This document shows, piece by piece, positions 41,338 through 50,042 of a DNA stretch of 64,000 bases. Below the pieces are notes generated by a model. That model was not told the DNA's origin, did not search any database, and saw only the letters and a program-made list of their open reading frames with translations. This stretch comes from an uncultured Candidatus Rokubacteria bacterium (GTDB lineage Bacteria; Methylomirabilota; Methylomirabilia; Rokubacteriales; CSP1-6), in assembly GCA_963762145.1 (NCBI GenBank), contig CAVXJS010000009.1, forward strand, positions 768,001 to 832,000. The letters run 5' to 3'. The position numbers were made by a program, and so were the translations under genes. The stretch's first letter is position 1, and each line of letters starts with the position of its first letter.

Positions 41338-41394
41338 TCGTCACCTGGGCAGACAGGTTGGGAGCTTGGGCAACCCCCTCTATTTTTCTAAGCC

Positions 41395-41414
41395 GGGCAC
41401 GGCGAGCCGTGCCC
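41395..41414. repeat. REP-like hairpin in the nuoD-nuoE spacer
   Basis: GGGCACGG-CGAG-CCGTGCCC perfect hairpin within an AT-richer 100-bp spacer. Confidence 0.7.
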
Positions 41415-41439
41415 TCTGTAAGGTGCTTTCGCATCTTTT

Positions 41440-42810
41440 TTATCGGTCGAGCTCCCCGCCGATCATGTTGACGGAGCCGAAGGTGGGGATGATGTCGGCG
41501 ACCATCTCGCCCTCGATCATGGCCGGGATGGCGGCGACCGGGTTCATGCACGGCGGGCGGCACCGCACGCGGTACGGCCGGTCGGTGCCGTCGGACACCA
41601 CGTAGAAGCCCAGCTCTCCGTTGGCCCCCTCCGCCGCGAAGTACGCCTCGCCCGGAGGCGGACGAATGCCGTAGCCCTCCATGACCAGCATGAAGTGGTT
41701 CATCAGCCCTTCGATCGAGCCGTAGGCCTCCGCCTTCGTCGGCAGGACCACACGCTTGTCGGCCGCGTTCACGCGATCGTGCGCGCCGCGATCCTGGCCC
41801 TGCAGGTTGGGCGAGAGCTTGATGGGCAGGAGCAGCAGGCCCTCGGTCTTGCCCTGCTTGCCCATGTCCACGTAGGCGGCGGGATCGATGGCCTTCCCCT
41901 CCCAGTCCACCTGGATGGCGCCGCCCGGGAGGCCGTCGAGGGCCTGCTCCGCGATCCGCATGGACTGCTCCATCTCGGCCATCCGGACCAGGAAGCGGTC
42001 GAAGTTGTCGCCGTTCTTGCCGAGCGCGATGTCGAACGGGATCCGGTCGTACGCCCAGTAGGGCTGCGTCTTGCGCAGGTCGAACGGCACACCCACCGCG
42101 CGCAGCAGGGGCCCCGTGATCCCCCACGCGATCGTCTCCTCCCGGCTGAGCGCGCCCACCCCGACCATGCGGTCCATGAAGATCCGGTTGCCGGTGACGA
42201 GGGTGTGCACCTCCTCGAGCACCTGACGGGTCTCCGCGAACGCCTTCTTGACCTTCAGGTCGAACCCGGCCGGTAGATCGGCCTTCACACCGCCCACGCG
42301 CCCGTAGGAGATCGTCAGCCGCGCGCCGGTGACGTCCTCCACCAGCTCCCAGAGGAACTCCCGCGCCTTGATCATGTAGAGGAATACGGTGAAGGCGCCC
42401 AGCTCCATCGAGCCTGCGCCCACGCACGTGAGGTGGTCGCAGATCCGCGAGATCTCGCTCATGATCACGCGGATGTACTTGCAGCGGTCGGTGATCTCGA
42501 TGCCGAGCAGCTTCTCGATCGCCGAGGTGTAGCCGAAGTTGTTGATCAGCGGCGAGACGTAGTTGAGGCGATCCGTGTACGGAATCGCGTTGTTGTACGG
42601 GCCCGCCTCGCAGTCCTTCTCGAACGCGCGGTGGAGGTAGCCGATCTCCACGTCGGTCTTGACCACCGTCTCGCCGTCCAGCTCGGCGAAGATGCGGATG
42701 ATGCCGTGCATGGCCGGGTGCGCCGGCCCCATGTTGACGTAGAGATGCTGGGTGCCGTCGGCGCTCGACCCCTCGCCCAGGAACAGCTCGCGCGTCTTCC
42801 GCTCGGCCAT
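41440..42810 (-). CDS. nuoD: NADH-quinone oxidoreductase subunit D
   Basis: NMGPAHPAMHG, GYLHR, DRLNY, GELGFY and C-terminal GELDR. Confidence 0.96.
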   Translation of the reverse strand: MAERKTRELFLGEGSSADGTQHLYVNMGPAHPAMHGIIRIFAELDGETVVKTDVEIGYLHRAFEKDCEAGPYNNAIPYTDRLNYVSPLINNFGYTSAIEKLLGIEITDRCKYIRVIMSEISRICDHLTCVGAGSMELGAFTVFLYMIKAREFLWELVEDVTGARLTISYGRVGGVKADLPAGFDLKVKKAFAETRQVLEEVHTLVTGNRIFMDRMVGVGALSREETIAWGITGPLLRAVGVPFDLRKTQPYWAYDRIPFDIALGKNGDNFDRFLVRMAEMEQSMRIAEQALDGLPGGAIQVDWEGKAIDPAAYVDMGKQGKTEGLLLLPIKLSPNLQGQDRGAHDRVNAADKRVVLPTKAEAYGSIEGLMNHFMLVMEGYGIRPPPGEAYFAAEGANGELGFYVVSDGTDRPYRVRCRPPCMNPVAAIPAMIEGEMVADIIPTFGSVNMIGGELDR

Positions 42811-42841
42811 CAAGCCTCCGATTCCCTCTTAGTCATTTTCA

Positions 42842-42875
42842 TATTCGCTCGGCTCGCCTTCGGCTTCGTCTCGCC
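42842..42875. repeat. junction repeat family, copy 2
   Basis: TATTCGCTCGGCTCGCCTTCGGCTTCGTCTCGCC abutting the nuoC stop. Confidence 0.8.
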
Positions 42876-43373
42876 CTACACTTTCGGGCCGATGAGGGGC
42901 TGGCGGCGATTGATCGGGTAGTCCTTGCGCAGGGGATGGCCCTCGAACTCCTCGTACATCAGGAGCCGGCGCAGGTCGGGGTGGCCGTCGAAGCGGATGC
43001 CGAACATGTCCCACACCTCGCGCTCCTGCCAGTTGGCGATGGGCCAGAGGGCGGTGGCGGTGGGAACGACGGGATCGTCCTGCTCCACCGGGACCTTCAG
43101 CCGCACACGATGGTTGTGCGGGACGGAATACAGGTGGTAGACGACCTCGAAGCGGGGCCCGTCCTCGCGGCCCGGGAACCGGCTGTAGTCCACCGCGGTG
43201 AGGTCCACGAGCATGTCGAAGGCGAGCGCGGCGTCGTCCCGGCAGAACGCGAGGGCCGGCACGATTCCCTCACGGCTCAACACCGCGGTGTGATCGCCGC
43301 GGTAGTCGTGGGTGGCGAGGACAAGGTCCCCGAAGCGCTCGCGCAGCCGGGCGAGAATGGCGTGGCCGTCCAT
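42876..43373 (-). CDS. nuoC: NADH-quinone oxidoreductase subunit C
   Basis: RFEVVYHL, EREVWDMFGI.F.GHP and HPLRKDYP motifs. Confidence 0.95.
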   Translation of the reverse strand: MDGHAILARLRERFGDLVLATHDYRGDHTAVLSREGIVPALAFCRDDAALAFDMLVDLTAVDYSRFPGREDGPRFEVVYHLYSVPHNHRVRLKVPVEQDDPVVPTATALWPIANWQEREVWDMFGIRFDGHPDLRRLLMYEEFEGHPLRKDYPINRRQPLIGPKV

Positions 43374-43393
43374 GGCGGCTCCCGGGACCCGGA

Positions 43394-43852
43394 TCAGTAG
43401 CGCTGGGTGCCCGCCGCGATCTTGTCCTGGAGCTTCATCAGGCCGTCGATGACGCTCTCCGGACGCGGCGGGCAGCCGGGAATGTAGACGTCCACGGGGA
43501 TGATGGTGTCGATGCCCTGGACCGTCGCGTAGTTGTCGTAGAAGCCGCCGGTGCAGGTGCAGACGCCGAAGGCGACCACCCACTTGGGCTCGCACATCTG
43601 GTCGTAGATGCGCTTGAGCACGGGCGCCATCTTGTGACTGATCGTGCCGACCACGAAGAGCACGTCGGCCTGGCGGGGCGAGAAGCGCGGCAGCCCCGCC
43701 CCGAAGCGGTCCACGTCATAGTGCGAGCACGCGGTCGCCATGTACTCCATGCCGCAGCACGCGGTGACGAACGGATACTGGAAGATGGAGTACTTGCGGG
43801 CCCAGCCGATGGCCTCGTCGAGCTTCCCGGTGAAGAACGCGCCTACTCCCAT
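43394..43852 (-). CDS. nuoB: NADH-quinone oxidoreductase subunit B
   Basis: TACCGME, SPRQAD and PGCPPRPE motifs. Confidence 0.96.
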   Translation of the reverse strand: MGVGAFFTGKLDEAIGWARKYSIFQYPFVTACCGMEYMATACSHYDVDRFGAGLPRFSPRQADVLFVVGTISHKMAPVLKRIYDQMCEPKWVVAFGVCTCTGGFYDNYATVQGIDTIIPVDVYIPGCPPRPESVIDGLMKLQDKIAAGTQRY

Positions 43853-44193
43853 TCGAGCCCTCGCTTCTTCCAGATGTAGAGAAAGCCCAGCATCAGGATG
43901 CCCAGGAAGACGAGCATCTCCACGAACCCGAACCAGCCGAGCTGGCGATACATCGCGGCCCACGGCCAGACGAACACCAGCTCGATATCGAAGATGATGA
44001 AGAAGATGGCGATGGTGGAGAACTTGATCGCGAAGCGGCCCTCCGGCAGCATCACCGGGTCCTTGCCGCACTCGAACGGCTCCTGCTTGATCGGGAGGAT
44101 GCGCTTGGGCGCGATCAGCAGCGGGATGCCGATCAGCGCCCCCGCCACGCCGGCGGCGGCCGCGAAGACCATCAAGATGGGGATGTAGTCCAT
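43843..44193 (-). CDS. nuoA: NADH-quinone oxidoreductase subunit A
   Basis: PFECG, FIIFDIE and GLEWE motifs. Confidence 0.95.
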   Translation of the reverse strand: MDYIPILMVFAAAAGVAGALIGIPLLIAPKRILPIKQEPFECGKDPVMLPEGRFAIKFSTIAIFFIIFDIELVFVWPWAAMYRQLGWFGFVEMLVFLGILMLGFLYIWKKRGLEWE

Positions 44194-44202
44194 GTTTGCG
44201 GT

Positions 44203-45195
44203 TCAGCGCTCCCCTGGTGGGCTCGCCTCCGTGAGCCCCCCTTTTGTATCCGCTCGGCTCGCCTTCGGCTGCACCTCGCCAAACCACTGCCCCGCGTTCT
44301 TGACGTTGTCGGTCTGCTTCTTGGCGTGATAGGAAGACCGGACGAGGGGGCCCGATTCCACGTGGGCGAAGCCCATCTCCCGGCCCCGGACCGCCAGCTC
44401 CGCGAACTCGTCGGGGTGGTAGAAGCGCGAGACCGGCAGGTGCTGGGCGGACGGGCGCAGGTACTGGCCGAGCGTGAGGATGTTCACGTCCGCCGCCCGG
44501 AGGTCCGCCATGGTCGCCAGCAGCTCGTCCCGCTCCTCGCCCAGGCCCAGGATGATGCCCGACTTGGTCACGAGCCGGGGCGCGGCCGCCCGGGCGCGCC
44601 GGAACAGCTCGAGCGTGCGCTCGTAGCGGCCGCCGTGACGCGCCACCTTGTAGAGCCGCGGCACCGTCTCGGTATTGTGGTTCAGCACGTCCGGCGCGGC
44701 CTCGATGACCGCCGCGAGGGCGGGCGCGCCGCCCTGGAAGTCCGGAATGAGCAGCTCGACGCGGCAGCCGGGGGCGTGGCGACGAATCGCCCGGGTAGTC
44801 GCCGCGAAGTGCGCGGCGCCGCCGTCCGCCAGGTCGTCACGGTTCACCGAGGTGATGACCACGTGCTCGAGGCCCAGCTCGCCCACCGCCCGGCCCACGC
44901 GCTCCGGCTCCTCGCGATCCTCCCAGACCGGCCGACCGTGGGTGACCGCGCAGTATCCGCAATTGCGCGTGCACACGTCGCCCAGGATCATGAAGGTCGC
45001 GGTGAGCTCCTCCCAGCACTCGCCGATGTTCGGGCAGTGCGCCTCCTCACAGACCGAATGGAGGTTCCACTCGCGCATCAGGCCCTTGAGCCGGATGTAC
45101 CGTGGTCCGCCCGGCGCGCGCACCTTAAGCCACGGTGGCTTGGGTGAGTCGGCGGGACGCTTGCTATCGAGAAGTGGTAGGGAAACTCCCATCAC
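44203..45195 (-). CDS. lipA: lipoyl synthase
   Basis: KPPWLK, CEEAHCPNIGEC, CTRNCGYC and RSSYHA motifs, plus a repeat-derived C-terminal extension. Confidence 0.96.
   Translation of the reverse strand: MMGVSLPLLDSKRPADSPKPPWLKVRAPGGPRYIRLKGLMREWNLHSVCEEAHCPNIGECWEELTATFMILGDVCTRNCGYCAVTHGRPVWEDREEPERVGRAVGELGLEHVVITSVNRDDLADGGAAHFAATTRAIRRHAPGCRVELLIPDFQGGAPALAAVIEAAPDVLNHNTETVPRLYKVARHGGRYERTLELFRRARAAAPRLVTKSGIILGLGEERDELLATMADLRAADVNILTLGQYLRPSAQHLPVSRFYHPDEFAELAVRGREMGFAHVESGPLVRSSYHAKKQTDNVKNAGQWFGEVQPKASRADTKGGLTEASPPGER
44247..44280. repeat. junction repeat family, copy 3 (inside the lipA 3' end)
   Basis: TATCCGCTCGGCTCGCCTTCGGCTGCACCTCGCC, translated as GEVQPKASRAD. Confidence 0.8.
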
Positions 45196-45273
45196 TATTG
45201 TCCTTTGCCCCCTCGGGCGGCGTCATTATGGCACATCTTTCACAAGCCGCCAACCGAGGGGCCGCAGGACGCC

Positions 45274-46428
45274 CTAGCGCCCGGCCGGGATGGCCGCGTG
45301 CACGGCGTTGCTGATCACGTCCATCCGCAGGCTGTGCCACGGATCCGCCACCCGACTGTTCGTCAGGTAGGCAAACGACACGCCCGAGTCCGGGTCCGCC
45401 CAGCAGTAGGAGGACCCCACACCGCCGTGGCCGAACGTCCGCGGGGAGGCGATGCTGCCGAGCCCCCGGATGGAGTCGGTCGTCCCCCGCACGTGGGGGC
45501 CGAGCGCGCGGTGCATCGGCATGCCCATGTAGCCGTCTACCCGGTCACCCGTGACGCTCCGCGTGACGTACTGGACCAGGCGGGGCGAGAGGAGCCGCCG
45601 GCCGTCCAGCGTACCGCCGGCGGCCAGCATCTGGTAGAAGGCGGCCATCGCGCGCGCGGTGGCGTACCCGCCCCCGCCCGGCGTCCCGGCGCGGCGGAAC
45701 TCGGCGTTGTTTTCTTCCTCTCTTCTCACCTGCCCTCGGTTCCCCTGGCCGGTCCCGGTCGTGGCGGGCTCGTGCATGTCCACGGCTCGGTCGTGATGGC
45801 CGTCCGGCAGGCCCACGAAGAGCTCGTCGCCGAGCCCGAGCGGCTCGATGACCTGCTCCCGGACGAACGCCCGGTAGTCGGTCTTGCTCAGGGCTTCGAT
45901 CAGCACCGCGGCCACCCAGTGGGCAGCCCGGCTGTGGTAGTGCACCCGCGAGCCGGGCGTCCACTCGAGCGTGAAGGCCGAGACCGTCCGGCGCAGCAGC
46001 TCGTGATCCTCCCAGGCCGCCTTCGGCACGTCGGCGTTGGGAAACCCGCCCTGGTGGCTCAGGAGCTGGGTGATCGTGATGTCCCCCTTGCCGTTGGCCT
46101 CGAAGCCCGGCACGTGGTCGGCGACCCGGTCCGTGAAGCGCAGGGCTCCCTGCTCCGCGAGGATCCACACCGCGCAGGCGGTGATGACCTTCGTGTTGGA
46201 GTAGAGCAGCCAGAGGGAATCCTCGCGCGCGGGCACCCGCACGGGGTCGAGGCGCGCGTCCCCGAAGCTCCGCACCAGGGCGAGCTTGCCCTCGCGCGCC
46301 ACCGCGATCTGGGCCGCCGGGTACCGGCCTTCGGCCAGGTGCTGCGTGATCAGCTCCTGCAGGCGCTCGAGCGCACGGGCGTCGAGGCCCAGGGACGACG
46401 GGGTGGCTGCGGACAGGGGGAAGGCCAT
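45274..46428 (-). CDS. serine hydrolase, beta-lactamase class C-like family
   Basis: SNTK (SxxK), LLSHQGG, YHS and FGHGG motifs. Confidence 0.9.
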   Translation of the reverse strand: MAFPLSAATPSSLGLDARALERLQELITQHLAEGRYPAAQIAVAREGKLALVRSFGDARLDPVRVPAREDSLWLLYSNTKVITACAVWILAEQGALRFTDRVADHVPGFEANGKGDITITQLLSHQGGFPNADVPKAAWEDHELLRRTVSAFTLEWTPGSRVHYHSRAAHWVAAVLIEALSKTDYRAFVREQVIEPLGLGDELFVGLPDGHHDRAVDMHEPATTGTGQGNRGQVRREEENNAEFRRAGTPGGGGYATARAMAAFYQMLAAGGTLDGRRLLSPRLVQYVTRSVTGDRVDGYMGMPMHRALGPHVRGTTDSIRGLGSIASPRTFGHGGVGSSYCWADPDSGVSFAYLTNSRVADPWHSLRMDVISNAVHAAIPAGR

Positions 46429-46437
46429 GGGGTCTCC

Positions 46438-46911
46438 TTACGAGGACTGCCTCAGGGAACTGACCAGATCCACCACGCGCACCAGCTCGCTACCGTCCCG
46501 CACCATGTGCCGATCGCCCGCCTGCCCCCAGCGGAGCACGCCGTCGCGATCGATCACGAAGGTGGACCGGTAGGCCACGTTGCGGTCGGCGTCGAGCACG
46601 CCGTAGGCGGAGATGACGGTGCGGTGCACGTCGCTCAGGAGCGGAAACGGGAACGGATGGGCCTTGAGAAAGGCGGCGTGACAGAACGGGCTATCGCCGC
46701 TGATGCCCAGGAGCACGGCACCACGGCGGGCCAGCTCGGCCGCGGCCTGGCCCAGGCCGGTGAGCTCCGGGGTTCAGATCCCGCCGAAGTCATAGCAGTA
46801 GAAGCCGAGGACGACGTCGCGACCCCGATATTCCCGGAGGGACATGGGGCGCCCCTCGGTGCTGGGCAGCTCGAAGTCCGGCGCGACCTGCCCCCACCGG
46901 AGCGGCATCAT
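46438..46911 (-). CDS. AhpC/TSA (BCP-like) peroxiredoxin-family selenoprotein, in-frame TGA at 46774-46776
   Basis: GQVAPDFEL...VVLGFYCYDFGGI-U-TPE...GISGDS...LLSD...YG...RSTFVID reads in one frame across the TGA. Promoter TTGACC-17-GAGAAT lies 7 nt upstream. Confidence 0.85.
46733..46766 (-). other. putative bacterial SECIS hairpin
   Basis: After the UGA: AGCUC-acc-GGCCUG-ggc-CAGGCC-gcggcc-GAGCU. The apical loop starts with G about 21 nt after the UGA. Confidence 0.7.
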
Positions 46912-46987
46912 GCCCGGGATTCTCGTGGATGCCGGCCCCCGGGTCAAGACCACCCCGTGGGCGCCCCGCGGGATTACAATTGCCGGA

Positions 46988-48052
46988 ATGAAGACTCGCG
47001 ACCTCCGGATCGAGCGCATCCAGCCCCTTCTGCCCCCGGCGATCCTGATCGAGGAGCAGCCGCTCTCCGAGAAGGGGTCGCTCATGGTCACGCGGGCGCG
47101 CGAGGAAGTGGCCGACATCCTCGCCGGCCGGAGCGACCGCCTCCTCGTGGTGGTCGGCCCGTGCTCGGTCCACGATCCGGCCGCCGCCCAGGAGTACGCG
47201 CTCCGCCTCCGCCGGCTGGCCGACGAGCTGGCGCCGGATCTCTGCATCGTGATGCGCGTCTACTTCGAGAAGCCGCGCACCACGGTGGGCTGGAAGGGGC
47301 TCATCAACGACCCGCACCTCGACGGCAGCTTCGCCATCAACGTGGGATTGCGACGGGGCCGCCGGTTCCTGCTCGATCTCGTCGACATCGGGCTGCCCGC
47401 GGGCTGCGAGTTCCTCGACCCGATCTCCCCCCAGTTCATCACCGACCTCGTGACCTGGGGCGCCATCGGGGCGCGCACGACCGAGAGTCAGGTTCATCGG
47501 GAGCTGGCCTCCGGGCTCTCGATGCCGGTCGGGTTCAAGAACGGCACCGACGGCGGGGTGCAGATCGCCATCGACGCGGTGCGGGCCGCGGCCCATCCGC
47601 ACAGCTTCCTGGGGGTCACCGAGCAGGGTCTCGCCGGCATCGTCTCCACCCGCGGCAATGTGGACTGCCACGTGATCCTGCGCGGCGGGCAGAGCGGTCC
47701 GAACTACGACGCGGCGAGCATCGGGGAGGTGCTCGCCGCCCTCCGCGCCGCGGGGGTGCCGCCCCGGCTGATGATCGACACGAGCCACGGGAACAGCGAG
47801 AAGGACTACCGACGTCAGCCCCAGGTCGCGCGGGAGATTGCGGCCCAGGTCGCCCGGGGGGAGCGGGGAATCGTCGGTGTACTGATGGAGAGCTTCCTGG
47901 TCGACGGGCGTCAGGATCTCGCGGATCCCGCGCAGCTCGTCTATGGCCAGAGCATCACCGACGCCTGCATGGGCTGGGACATGACGGTGCCGGTCCTCCG
48001 GGAGCTGGCCGCCGCGGCGCGCGAGCGCCGCGTGGACGGCCGCTCCACCTGA
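46988..48052 (+). CDS. aroG: 3-deoxy-7-phosphoheptulonate (DAHP) synthase, class I-alpha
   Basis: GPCS, RVYFEKPRTTVGWKG, IGARTTESQ, SHGNS and SITDAC motifs. The aroF/G/H isoform cannot be resolved. TACAAT lies 7 nt before ATG 46988. Confidence 0.93.
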   Translation: MKTRDLRIERIQPLLPPAILIEEQPLSEKGSLMVTRAREEVADILAGRSDRLLVVVGPCSVHDPAAAQEYALRLRRLADELAPDLCIVMRVYFEKPRTTVGWKGLINDPHLDGSFAINVGLRRGRRFLLDLVDIGLPAGCEFLDPISPQFITDLVTWGAIGARTTESQVHRELASGLSMPVGFKNGTDGGVQIAIDAVRAAAHPHSFLGVTEQGLAGIVSTRGNVDCHVILRGGQSGPNYDAASIGEVLAALRAAGVPPRLMIDTSHGNSEKDYRRQPQVAREIAAQVARGERGIVGVLMESFLVDGRQDLADPAQLVYGQSITDACMGWDMTVPVLRELAAAARERRVDGRST

Positions 48053-48064
48053 AAGGTCGGTCCG

Positions 48065-48775
48065 ATGGACTACCATCCGTTCAAGGCCCGCCTGAACCGC
48101 TTCATGCTCCGCTACGTGGGCGGCGACCGGCGCCCCGCGTTCTTCGAGGTGAACGATGCCTATCCCTCGCTCGGGCACGTCACACGTGCGTACCCGGCGA
48201 TCCGCGAGGAGTGTGCGCAGCTCCTCGCCCGCCGCGAGAAGCTCCCGCGCTATCACGAGATCGACCCGGGAGAGCGGGCGATCTCGAGCGTCGACTCGGA
48301 TCGCCACTGGTACGTGTTCATGCTCTATATCCTGGGTCACAAGCCCGAGGCCAATCGCGCGCTCTGCCCGGCCACGTGCGAGGCGCTCGCCCGGGTCCCG
48401 AACCTGGTCCAGGCGTTCTTCTCCATACTGGACGCCGGCAAACGGGTCCCCCGCCACGAGGGCCCCTACCTCGGGTACCTGCGCTATCACCTCGGGCTGC
48501 ATGTCCCGCAGGATGACCCACCCCGGTTAGTCGTGAACTCGCAGGAGTACGTCTGGAAGGCGGGGCAGGCCATCATGTTCGATGACTCGTGGCCGCACGA
48601 AGTCATCAACGAGAGCCGCGAGCCGCGCGTCGTGCTGATCGTGGACGTGCTCCGACCGCTGCCCCTCCTGCCGTCTCTGGTCAACCGGCTCGTGATGCAC
48701 GGCCTCGCGCGCCCGACCTACGGTCGGTCGGTCGCGCGGCGTGTCGCCCGCTCGACCTTCATCAGTACCGGCTGA
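48065..48775 (+). CDS. aspartyl/asparaginyl beta-hydroxylase family Fe(II)/2OG dioxygenase
   Basis: CPAT, FSIL..G..VPRHEGP, RYHLGL, FDDSWPHEV and RVVLIVD motifs. Confidence 0.9.
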   Translation: MDYHPFKARLNRFMLRYVGGDRRPAFFEVNDAYPSLGHVTRAYPAIREECAQLLARREKLPRYHEIDPGERAISSVDSDRHWYVFMLYILGHKPEANRALCPATCEALARVPNLVQAFFSILDAGKRVPRHEGPYLGYLRYHLGLHVPQDDPPRLVVNSQEYVWKAGQAIMFDDSWPHEVINESREPRVVLIVDVLRPLPLLPSLVNRLVMHGLARPTYGRSVARRVARSTFISTG

Positions 48776-48999
48776 CGAGCGGCGGACGCAGGGCGGTGGT
48801 CCCGGAGGCCCGCAACCGACCACAATCTGCCCTCCGCGGGCCGCCGAGTGGGCGCGCGCCGCGGTGTGATGGTAGGATCAACCGCGGTGTGCTGGCTTGA
48901 CCCCAGGCCGCCTCTGGACTTCCGGAGGTCGCCCGACCACGACCCGCGAGAAGCCGCAGACGCCGCCGGCTCCGCCGGGGCTCCGGAGGAAGAGACAGG

Positions 49000-50039
49000 A
49001 TGGCCGACCCTCGGTTCTTCACGGTCGCCGGACCGTTCAGCGTGAGTCGGCTCGCCGAGATCGCCGGCGCCCGCCCGGCCCCGGGAAGCGACCCCGACCG
49101 CCTGATCGAGGACGTGGCGCCGCTGGACGCCGCCGGGCCGGCGCATGTGAGCTTCCTCGACAACCGCCGCTACGTAGCCGCCTTCGCGGCCAGCCGCGCC
49201 GGGGCCTGCGTGGTGCAGCCGGACCTCGCGGCCAGGGCTCCCGCCGGGATGGCGCTGCTGCTCACCGAGGAGCCCTATCGGGCCTATGCTCGCATCGCGC
49301 AGGCGTTCTACCCGGTGATGGCGCCCGAGGCCGGCGTCTCCCCGTCGGCCATCGTCGACCCCACCGCGCGCCTGGCGCCGAGCTGCCGGATCGAGCCCGG
49401 AGCGGTGGTCGGCGCGCGGGCGGAAATCGGCGCACGGACGGTGATCGGCGCGACCGCCGCGATCGCTCCCGGTGTCGTGATCGGCGAGGACTGCATCGTC
49501 GGCGCGGGAGCGACCATCTCGCACAGCCTGATCGGCAACCGCGTCGCCATCTATCCCGGCGCGCGCATCGGCCAGGACGGCTTCGGCTTCGCCATGGGAG
49601 CCGGCGGTCACCTCAAGGTGCCGCAGCTCGGCCGCGTCATCGTCGAGGACGACGTCGAGATCGGCGCCAATACCACGATCGACCGCGGCGCCGGGCCCGA
49701 CACCGTGATCGGAGCCGGCACCAAGATCGACAACCTCGTGCAGATCGGGCACAACGTTCGGCTCGGGGCGGGCTGCGTCCTCGTCGCCCAGGTGGGCATC
49801 TCCGGAAGCACGCACCTGGGCGCGTTCGTCGCGGCGGGCGGTCAGGTCGGCATCACCGGCCACCTGCAGATCGGCGCGGGCGCCCGCCTCGCGGCCCAGA
49901 GCGGGGTGATGCGGGACATCGAGCCCGGCGGGACCGTCGCCGGACTCGCCCGCGATGCCGGCCAAGGAGTTCTGGCGGCAATGCGCCGCGCTGGGCCAGA
50001 CTCGCCCGGCGCCGCGTGAGGAGCCGCGTGACGGCATGA
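49000..50039 (+). CDS. lpxD: UDP-3-O-acylglucosamine N-acyltransferase (indels near 49945-49995)
   Basis: Hexapeptide repeats, [23 protein letters not shown] and [11 protein letters not shown] motifs. Confidence 0.92.
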
Positions 50040-50042
50040 GCC

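Noticed and set aside
35383-44280. CRISPR array from the recurring ~34-nt repeat
   Set aside because: The copies are kilobases apart, there are no regular spacers, and there are no cas genes.
45274-46428. Antibiotic-resistance beta-lactamase
   Set aside because: No signal peptide, and the HGG motif fits cytoplasmic esterase-like family members.
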